Source: Lama glama (Eukaryota). From it: 64,000 nt of DNA. The stretch is from contig CM052816.1 of assembly GCA_028534125.1 (NCBI GenBank), positions 43,960,001 through 44,024,000 of the forward strand, given 5' to 3'. The translations under genes and the position numbers were made by a program. The notes under the pieces are model-generated. The model did not search any database, was not told where the DNA came from, and saw only the letters and a list, made by a program, of their open reading frames with translations. Shown here piece by piece: positions 29,630-39,123 of the stretch; positions within the stretch are counted from its first letter, which is position 1; each line of letters opens with the position of its first letter.

Positions 29630-29870
29630 AGCTGACATTCATGTAGCGCTTCCTATGGGCCAGCCACTGTGCTAGGTAGTTTGTACATAAGGACTTGTTG
29701 ATTCTCACAATTATTCCATGACATAGGTATTACTAATATCTTGATTTTACAGATGAGAAAACCGAGGCATATAGAGGGGTCCAAGCTCACATAGTTAAAA
29801 AATGGAGGAGGTAAGATTTAAACCAGTTTTGCCAGAAACTATAATCATGTTCTTTGCTTCATACCACACT
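29630..29870 (-). mobile_element. MIR SINE
   Basis: gccagccactgtgctagg...ttttacagatgagaaaaccgaggc...agatttaaacc. Confidence 0.8.
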
Positions 29871-29977
29871 GTATAATCCAAATTATCAGTATTATGTAGT
29901 GGAACTCTGTTAAAATACACTTTTTGGCTCTTTAATTTAGCCCAAAATAGAGGACTGGACATCACTCTGCTTCACTT

Positions 29978-30171
29978 CAGAGTTTCTCACCTTTGGCATT
30001 ATTGACATTTAGGGGTTAGATTCTTTGTTTTGGGGGCTGTGCTGTGCATTGTAGGATGCATGGCCTCATCCCTGGTTTCCTCCCTTTAGATGCCAAAGCA
30101 CCTTCCCACTCACGTGTGACAACCAAAATGTTCCTTGGGGAGCAAAACTACTCTCCTGCTGAGATCCACTG
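29978..30171 (+). mobile_element. MER20 hAT-Charlie DNA transposon
   Basis: cagagtttctcacctttggcattattgacattt...gtgcattgtaggatg...tagatgcca...gtgacaaccaaaatgt...gctgagatccactg, with CAG...CTG termini. Confidence 0.85.
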
Positions 30172-31262
30172 AATCCTAGCCAAATCCTATATATAGTAAA
30201 ACACACTTCTCAGTAAGTTCTTTTCAATAACCTAGAACACTTGTCCAACAAAGGCCAGATATGATCTCTATTTCCAATCTGCCTAGGAAACTTCACGTAT
30301 TGATTCCATCAAGGGTGAATCTGGGAAATGAAAACTGACAGCAAGAATGAGTCATTTCCATGTAACACCTTCTCCTGATGATGTCACCAGCCATGGGAGG
30401 CCCCCCTGTGCTTTATGGATTCTCATCTCTGACATAGCTTATTTTTCACTTGTGACTATATTGACAGTACACAGACATCTGAAAGGAGGTCATTTCTCCT
30501 GTTCCTTACTCACTGACACAACTACTCTACAGATTCAAAGATTGACTGCTTCTAAGATAAGGTAAAACCTACTTTGTGAATGTATTTCTCTTGTTAATTT
30601 AGATGAAGTTCTAGTTTCTTTTTAAAGGTCATCTTCTTTTCAGCGCTACCCAGACAGGGGTCCATACGGTGTTGCTCTGGATTTCCATTGTAACTTAAAG
30701 GGAAACTTTCACAATGTCCGGAGCCCCTGATGTCCTGCAAATGAAGGAGGAGGATGTCCTCAAATTCCTTGCAGCAGGAACTCACTTAGGTGGCACCAAC
30801 CTTGATTTCAAAATGGAGCAGTGTATCTACAAAAGGAAAAATGATGGCATCTACATCACAAATCTGAAAAGAACCTGGGAGAAGCTTCTGTTGGCAGCTC
30901 GTGCCATTGAAAACCCAGCTGATGTCAGTGTCACATCCTCCAGGAATACTGGCCAGCGAGATGTGCTGAAGTTTGCTGGTGCCACTGGAGCTACTCCCAT
31001 TACTGGCCGCTTCACGCCTGGAACCTTCACTACCCAGATCCAGGCAGCTTTCCGGGAGCTGAGGCTTCTGGTGGTTACTGATCCCAGGGCTGACCACCAG
31101 CCTCTCATAGAGGCATCTTACGTTAACCTGCCTACGATTGCTCAGTGTAACACGGTCTCACTTCTGCACTACGTGGACATTGCCATCCGGAGAAACAACA
31201 AGGTAACAGTTTTATGATCTGAACTAGAGCTTGAGAATAAGTGCTCTAGAAACAGGCATTCC

Positions 31263-31417
31263 TCGGCACATTGTTAGAGCTTGGAGTTGAGCCCTCTGGC
31301 TGGCCGATGAGCACATATATGTAGGTAGTGTGCTACATGAGGGGCAATTTTTTCGCTTAACACCACAGGATTCTCTGGCCCAGTGAGTGGAGTTTGATAG
31401 TAATACTTGCTACGAGT
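31263..31417 (+). ncRNA. SNORA62: Box H/ACA snoRNA SNORA62 (E2) retrocopy, probably inactive
   Basis: gcacattgttagagcttggagttgag...tggccgatga...gtaggtagtgtgctacatgaggggcaa...ctctggcccagtgagtggagtttgatagtaatacttgctacgagt matches recalled SNORA62. Basal stem gcacattg/tagtgtgc, H box ACATGA at 31335-31340, and the ACA box reads ACG (31412-31414), 3 nt from the end. Confidence 0.9.
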
Positions 31418-31418
31418 G

Positions 31419-31441
31419 AAATAACTAACTAACTAACTAAC
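31419..31441 (+). repeat. (AACT)n / A-rich tail of the retrocopy
   Basis: aaataactaactaactaactaac directly after the snoRNA end, consistent with a decayed poly(A). Confidence 0.7.
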
Positions 31442-31794
31442 TTAGATTAATTCTATTCACTTTCATGCCATAGAAACTTTCCTTGTGTTGGCAGTAAGAA
31501 ATTATTGGCTGATAGCCTAATTTTTTCTGAACAATCCTAGCCACCATCTTAACAAGGGAGAAAAAAACGCAGAATAATTTTAAGTGTCTCTGCAGAGGCT
31601 CCTTGTGACATGACATTCTCTTCACACTGTAAGTTTCCCCCCTAGCGATCTGGTTGATGGACTTACACTTCTTAACTGGTCCCTATAGGACTTTTCAGGC
31701 AACTTAACCAGGGATAATCTTGTTCATCCTACCTTTTTGGCACAAAAATGTTTCAAAGACAATACATTTACATGAAATGTATTTATTCAACAAA

Positions 31795-32045
31795 CATATG
31801 TATAGCAGTTACTGTATGCGAGTCACTGATTAAAGAGATTCACAAAAAGTAGCTTATGTAACTCTCATAGTACTATGAGGTGGGCACTACTATTTTCATG
31901 ATCACCTCAACTTTAAAACAAAGAAGCTGAGGCACAGAAGATTTAAATAATTCGCCCAAAGTCACGTGGCTAATGGGCAGCAGAACCAGGACTTAGAAGT
32001 GGGCAGTGTTTCCAGAGCCCACACTCCCAGCTCTCAGCCCTGCTG
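31795..32045 (-). mobile_element. MIR SINE
   Basis: tactatgaggtgggcactactatt...gctgaggcacagaagatttaaataattcgcccaaagtcacgtggctaa. Confidence 0.8.
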
Positions 32046-32199
32046 CCACTCCAGAATGCTCTGTATCATTTTTTAAGAGTCTTTTCTTTGCTAACTAGAA
32101 AACACCTCTACATTTCTGTAAAGAAAGGTTTTCTATTGTTAATATTTTTATTCATTTAAAGATTTCCCATTTGTCAGAATAGCTGAGGTTTTTGAGACA

Positions 32200-32556
32200 A
32201 AGCTCAAAACCCGAATTTGCAAAATGGAGCCCTGAGGCAGATTTTGCCCACAGGGGTGTGTGTGCGTGTGTGTGAGTGTGCGAACAGTAATGAAATTGCT
32301 ATTATTACATTATTTGCCAATATTTAAAGCTTTGGGAAATTTCTCAGAAAAACATGGATTTCAGATTTTTAAAAAATAACTGGAAGATAAGAAAATAACA
32401 GATTCCGTTTTCCTATACGGCAACAATCTGTCACAGCTTAGCAGCTGTCCTTTTTACATGGGACATGCAAGCCTCAACATTCCCTTCTACTTGCCTCTTG
32501 CCAATCTTATTATGTTTCTTGCTGGCTTCTGTGGGAATTTGAGTTTGAGACCCCTG
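32200..32556. mobile_element. hAT-Charlie-like DNA transposon remnant
   Basis: atttgccaatatttaaa...ggcaacaatctg...atttgagtttgagacccctg terminus. Confidence 0.5.
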
Positions 32557-32727
32557 CCCTAGTCCCTCAAAGGACTGAAAAGGAGTAAGACAGATCTTAG
32601 TTCTCAGAGGACACAGAATTCCAGGGAGGTACCATTTCTAGAACTTAAGAACAAGGTAAAATATTAGGCGTAGAAAAATGTCCCGAGGCCAGTGATTAAA
32701 TCTGCGTTACAAATTACAATAATGCAA

Positions 32728-33700
32728 TGTTATGATTTATAAGAAATATGTATTTAATCATTCAGATGTCCAGATGCATATTTCTCATACATGTTTGATC
32801 TTTGTCCATAGTTCCTGGCTCACAGCTCCCCGAACTCTTAGAATTTCCTGAGTGATGAGAGTAATAGGGGCATTTTTGGGTAGAATATTTCGTCTCTGGT
32901 CCTCAGTTCCTGAAAACGCTTCAGAAGCATAAAGCCAAAGTCTTGTTATTTATAACAAGCCCTTTAGCACCGCAACTAGGTTTATGTTAAGGAGGTAACT
33001 TTCGGAAAGCACCTAAGAGGACTGTTTGACAGACGAACCAATCAGGAATAGAAGAGCAGGCCTTTCGGTCCCACCCCCCGATTTCCGCAGAGAGGCAAAG
33101 GGGCTGGAGGTTGAACCAATCACCACTGGCTAACGATGTAATCAATCATGCCTGTGCCACAAAGCTACCACGGAAACCCGGAAGGGGCGGGTTCGGACGG
33201 TTTGCGCGGTGGTGGAGGTGGTGGGGAAATGGCGTGCCCTGGAGAGGGCGAGGGCGCGCCGAGCCCTTTCTCCCTGCCTTGCCCTACACGTCTCTTCAGC
33301 CGGCTGTTCCTGAGCTGTATCCTGCAAGAAACCAGTAATCTAGTAAGTAAGTGGGTTTTCTGAGTCCTTTGACCACTCCAGCAAGTTAATCAAACCCGAG
33401 GGCTGGGTGGGGGCTTGTGGGAATCTCTAACTTACAGCCAGTTGGTCAAAAGTGCAGGGAACAACCTGGACATGAGACTGGCGTTTGAAGGGCGTGTGTG
33501 GGGTGGAGGGCGGCGGAGGTGGTCAGGGGTAGGGGGGAGAGCAGTTTTGTCGGTCTGAGCCCTCAACCTGGAATCTAACTTTATCTCCCAGTAGTGTCAG
33601 AACTGAGCTTAACTGTAGGGTTCTCAGCTGGTGTCAGAACTGCTTGTTGGTGCGGGGCACCTCTCACTCCTACAGTGGAAACTGGATTCCAGAACCCTAT
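32728..33700 (+). mobile_element. Solo LTR, MER21-like (ERVL class), unusually CpG-rich
   Basis: TG start, gttcctggctcacagctcc...gaatttcctgagtgat...gctgttcctgagctgtatcct...agccagttggtcaaaagt...gtgtcagaactgag...cagctggtgtcagaa. Confidence 0.8.
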
Positions 33701-35204
33701 TAACTATAAAAGTCAGTAAGTCTGACTTTAAGTAGAATTACCCTGCCATTACCCTAGAGTAGGCATAATATCCTCCCCTTGATGAGAAATAGGAATTAAC
33801 TTAACAAGTGGGGCAGCATTGATTGTTAAATTGGCCCAGATGTGCAGAATGGAGGTTTGCAGAAGGGTCTAATTTTGTCTTTCCATTACTGAACACAAAA
33901 AATCTGGGCTATTTTGGTAAAAATATCATTGTATTTCTAGACTTTGCATATTACTTGGGCTTCATTTTGGCCAAAGAATTGTGTTAAAATACAAATTATT
34001 CTACATGATTCTCTAGTAAACAGATAGTGGAATATATTCTCTGAACTCCGTGAAAGGAGAAAATATTTAAGGATTTACTTACAGAAGAGAAGTCTATCAA
34101 AAATATTGTTAACTTTCCTTAGATATACACTGGAATTCACAAAAACTTAACAATGGTTAAACAGTTTAATTTGGAATGGTGGACAATTAGTTAGTTAGAG
34201 GAAGCAGCTGATACCTGTGAGACTCCAAATAGTCTGTAATGGGCATAAGTGGTTATGTAACAAAACCTTAGTAGGGAAGTTAGTGAAATGCTTTGAACCA
34301 AATCTGAGGGCACTTGATTATAAATAAAAAGTAACAATTAAGGAAGAAAGGATCAGGCACTTCATGAATGCCATTTTTAATGAAACTTTTCAGAAATCCT
34401 AGCACATTATAGGAACACTCACTGTAATTACATGGATATCTTCACCAGTATTTAGGTTCATAAATGTTTATGGTTTCTTGGTTTCTTGGTTGATGATCTG
34501 TGTGCAACTGATACTAGGCACTGAACAAATACTGATAGACCAGGCTGATTTGGCAATTAGCAAGTCAGTTTGACAACTAGAAGATTAAAATATATTTAGG
34601 GGGTAAAACCAATCCTGTGCATTTTAAAGGAAAATATGGACTTATGTATTTGGGGACCTAAGTTTAAAGACTTCACCAATACCCAGATGAAGAAAGCTTG
34701 GTAGTTAGCCCCTGAACCACAGGACACATGTGCTCAAGATTTTATGGTTTGTAGTATGTAAGCCAGTGTATATTACATTATATATTTATCCTTAAATTGC
34801 CTATTTAATAAATTCTCTGTCATTTAAGGTGTGAATTTGTTCTTATTTATTCATCTTTCTATGGCCATTTTCAAGTTCAGAATTAATTTTTTTTTGAAGA
34901 ATCAAAAAGGAAACTTACTGGTTGAATCTGACTGATAGGAAAAGATTCCATTCTGCCATATAGACAGAGAAGACCAGGTCTGTGGCATCCTGGATAAGGA
35001 GGTACATAATAAATAGGGCAGAGTGACAAGGTCTGGGTGGAGCAGAGGGACTGGCCATTCAGAGATTGGTTATCTTTACCATGGCTGCAGACCATGAAAA
35101 TGAGAAAGAAAAGTGCTCTTCCAGTGGTGTTTTAATAGTAGAAACTCGAAAAAACTCAGATAGGTGGTCCAAAACAGGTCATCCATCCAGGGGTCCTCTG
35201 AGAA

Positions 35205-35650
35205 GAAGATTAGGCATTATATAAATTGGCTATTGTTCACAACAAGCCAACCTCAAATTCTGTGGCTTAAAGCAGTATCAATTTACTGTCCAACGTGAAT
35301 TTGGGAAATTCCATTGCTGGTTTTGCCTCTTGGTTTCTTAGATGATTATATTTCACTGGAGAATCTGATGGGCAAGAATGTCCAAGATGGTAAATACTGT
35401 AGGCTGATGGCTGGGGAACCTTAGTTCTTCACGGACCATTATCCTATGGGAGTCTAGATTGGTTCCTTACATGGCAGTCTTAGGGCAGCATTGTTAGAGG
35501 GCGAAGACTTGCGGCCCAGGGTCCAGTACTTGTACAAACTCAGTTCTGTCATGTTTTATTCATTAAGCAAGTCATAAAACTAGCTCCAGTTCAGTGGGTG
35601 AGGAAATAGACTCAATCTCCTTATGGGAGGAGTTGAGAAGACTCTGTGGA
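35205..35650 (-). mobile_element. Old MaLR LTR (MLT1F/G/H-like)
   Basis: gtggcttaaagcag...gtccaagatgg...ttccttacatggcag...aagcaagtcataa...gaggaaatagactcaatctccttatgggagg. Confidence 0.7.
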
Positions 35651-36869
35651 TGCACAACAGATCAGAGACATTGAATCAATAGTGGGCACTGAAACCAGGG
35701 ACCCAAGACCGTTTCTATCAGAGTTAGAGAGTGGGGAAGTCTAGAGTAAATTTCTAGGCAAAATGTGGGTGCCCATAGTAACTGTAAATGTTTGAAGTGT
35801 TATTCCTGTGCTGACTTACACATGTTTTGGATATGTTTGAAGATTTCTAGGGGGAATGAACATCTAAAGAATGAGGCTCCTAAGCAGGGATTTTTCTGTG
35901 GTAGCATGATTTTATATATGTGGAACTATTCTTCATTTCTTTCACTAAAACAAGCTTTTAAGTGCTATGGTTATAGAATAACTCTCAAGTCATACTGGAT
36001 TTAGTGTCTTAAAGCTATATGAATAGGAAGTGTTTCCTACTACTTTTCATTGTAAAACAAACTCAGAAGGATTGTTTTCACAGGATCAGGAGCCAACGGC
36101 AATTATGCATGGATCTCAGAACTCTAGGGCGTTTTTTCTTATATCTTGGAGTTGACTTCTGCTTTCTAATGACTACTCAGTACAGCCAGAAAGCAGAGGA
36201 TACCTTATAGTTCTGGTGGTGATTTCAATAAAAGGATCATAGTTCTAAGCCTTTGTTATTTTAAGTGAATCTTAAATCCAGGTTTATGTAATCACATGAA
36301 TGACTGGTTTGGTTTGGTATTTTGTATTGTCCGCAACTGATTAGGTTTATCTCTATGTTATCATTAGATTACACTACAGTGATCATGCAACCGACATAAC
36401 TCAGAGCCCTGAATACATTTAATGAGTGAAAGTGATTATCTGAGTTCACTCTTCAAATGTCTAGTGTATTCTATAGGGTGGTCTACATATTGTTCCCAAT
36501 GAGATCTTGACTTAGTGTTAATCTTCATTTGACTTCTTAATTATGGCAGATAATAGATCTAAATTACCTTCCTTAAATTAGATCAGAAAGATATGATTAA
36601 ATTGCACTTCTGACCAAAGTATCATTTTTCACTTACTGAAGAACAGCATGAACAATTCCTATGTTTCCCACACACGTTAAATTCTAAGGTTTCCTCCACT
36701 GTGCAAAGGTGAGCTCTATTTCCCTGTTATGTTCTTTGCACCAGGAAGCACACACCACTTCTATTTAGCATGGATTTGTATCAGATTTGGGTTTAGCTGC
36801 ACTTTATATGTCTTCTAAGTAACTGTGAGCTAAAAAAGTTAATTTTTCTCTAGTGTTTAAAATTCCCTG

Positions 36870-37240
36870 AAGTTGGCAGAACAGGGCTGGACTGGCAGCT
36901 TCAAAGCTACCTCAGGTACAAGTTCCTTTTAGGTCACCCCTTTTATCATTCCTAGGGTGTGCCCATAGAATCCAAGTTGACTAGTGGAAATCCTGGCATC
37001 ATGTATGTGTTCTAGAAAGCAGGATAAGGGAAGAAGGGATAAAGGATACCTCCTTCGTCTTCAGGTATATACTACTTACTTTTAATCTTACTGACGCAGT
37101 CACATAGCTGCATCTGCAAAGGAAGCTGGGAAATGCAGTTTTTGAACTGGGTGCGTGGCAGCCCATCAAAAATCGGGATTCCATTGTTAAAAAAGAAGGG
37201 GCGAATGGATATTGAGAGGCAACTTTCAGTCTTTTCCACG
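36870..37240 (-). mobile_element. Old MaLR LTR (MLT1J/K-like)
   Basis: gtcacatagctgcatctgcaaaggaagctgggaaatgcagttttt...gaatggatattgagaggcaac. Confidence 0.7.
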
Positions 37241-38267
37241 GTACTTAGTAAGACCTAGTTGAACTGAATATAAACCATTATGCGGAGACTTTTGATATGT
37301 GCTTTGAGAATCACTACGTGGCAAGGTGTTTGAAATCACTTAACATATCATTGTTTGGTGCTTCATGTTATTTCAAGCATAACCTGAATTTAGATGATCA
37401 GAAGATGCTATAACATCTTAAAGTATGAATCCATTTATCTTCAATTTTTGTACTGATGGCAACAGCTGCATCTTACCAATGAACCCACATCTGATAGAAA
37501 CATGTGTCTGATTTCTATTTTAATCCTGGCATAGTAACTGTGAAAGACTTTGGTTGGCACTTAGTTATATTGCTAATATGTCACCTACTATTATTGCTAC
37601 TGAACCAGCTTTTCTGTCACATCTCTTATCATGTAGCAGATCTGTAATCCTCACAAGTGAGCTAGAATTATATACTTTGACAAAAATTTACATCTTAATT
37701 CTATGCCTAAATATATACACCCCCCGACTCATGCATTTCACATTTTGTCTTCTATTTTCACTTAAATTCTAATACTATTATCTAAAAATTGTCAAACAAT
37801 CAAGACTGAAAAGAAGGAAGTCAACTAGAAAATTATACAGTTGGCAACACTATGTACAAAATGATAAAATTGTGTATATTTATTACTTTAAGAAACAAGA
37901 TGATTATTTTGTTTGCTTTCTTTTGGTTTCTTGGACAGGACATTACACCTTACAATTCTTACTTGACTCAAAAGTTTGTTCTTCATTGCCATTAGTTAGA
38001 GTACTGTCAGTATCCAGAAATCAAAATGTCAGGTTTAAAGATTTTTTTAACAAAATGTTCTTTATAGGTAGTTGTATTCGTTTATTATAAAAGTTCCTAA
38101 GACTATTTAATAATTATGATTATTTCATTTTTTGTATGTTTTTGAGTCATTATTTCAGGTAGACAACCCCAATGGACCAGATCTTAGTTTCTTAATAATT
38201 CTTAGTTAATTTTCGTTTTCTATGCATCACCTTGATCTAGGACTTTATTCTCCTACTATAGTGTCCA

Positions 38268-38776
38268 TTTTTTTAAAGTGTAAACTTTTAGTAAAGTATA
38301 AAATAGCTACAGAAAAGTAAAATATCATAAATGTATATCATGAGTTTGTGACAAGTGAACATATATATGTAACCAGCCCCAAGATTAAGAAATAGAACTT
38401 TACTAGACCCCAAATGCCACTTGTACCTCTTTCTAGTCACTGTCCTCTTTCCTGACTTCTAGCACTAAAGATTGGAGGCATCTATTTTTATAATTTATAT
38501 AAATACAATTATGCAGTACATAAAAATTTTTGCTCACCTTCTCTATTTAAAAATATGTTTTTAGATTCATAGATATTTTTTGTGTAGTATAGTTCATTCT
38601 CGTTGCTGATTGATTTTCTGTTGTCTTTGCTTTTCAGTAGTCTTCCTATAGTGTGCTTTTGTATAGTTTTCTTTTGTAATTTATTCTGCATGGATTTCAT
38701 AGCACTTCTTAAATCTATTGGTCAGTGCCTTTTATAAATTTTGGAAAATTTGCAGCCAATATCTCTTCAAATACTC
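38268..38776 (-). mobile_element. Old L1 (L1ME-like) remnant, left part of the host of the full-length L1
   Basis: T-run, tacagaaaagt...gtaaccagccccaagattaagaaatagaac (old L1 3' UTR), then ORF1-like ttttggaaaatttgcagccaatatctcttcaaata. Confidence 0.65.
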
Positions 38777-39123
38777 TTTTTAAATTGAGGTATAGTCAGT
38801 TTACAATGTTGTGTCAATTTCTGGTATACAGCACAATGCTTCAGTCATACATGAACATATATATATTCATTTTCATATTCTTTTTCACTGTCAGCTACTA
38901 CAAGATATTGAATATAGTTCCCTGTGCTATACAGTAGAAACTTATTTATCTATTTTATATATATTACACATCTGCAAATCTCAAACTCCCAGTTTATCTC
39001 TTCCCAAATCTCTAACTCCCAGTTTATCTCTTCCCCAACCCCTCCCCAATGGTAACCATAAGTTTGTTTCCTATGTCTCTGAGTCTGTTTCTGTTTTGTA
39101 AATAAGTTCTTTGTCTTTTTTTT

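Larger units (their letters stand above)
30636..31441 (+). pseudogene. RPSA: Semi-processed RPSA (uS2/37LRP) retrocopy: 5' UTR, spliced exons 1-4, 5' part of intron 4 with SNORA62, and an A-rich tail
   Basis: ORF 30714-31217 ([32 protein letters not shown]...) is clearly RPSA up to ...NNK and is intronless. It is preceded by a pyrimidine TOP (cttttc) and the RPSA 5' UTR. Homology switches to intron at AAG|GTAACA (31202/31203). It has roughly 18 substitutions and a 3-codon deletion relative to recalled human RPSA. Confidence 0.95.

Noticed and set aside
30714..31217. Functional RPSA gene
   Set aside because: No introns 1-3, no CpG-island promoter, C-terminal exons missing, many replacements.
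30595..31455. Possible TSD of the RPSA retrocopy: taatttagatgaagttcta (30595-30613) versus taacttagattaattcta (31438-31455)
   Set aside because: AT-rich, needs two mismatches and an indel, and the left copy lies ~20 nt from the apparent 5' end. Not supportable without an empty-site alignment.
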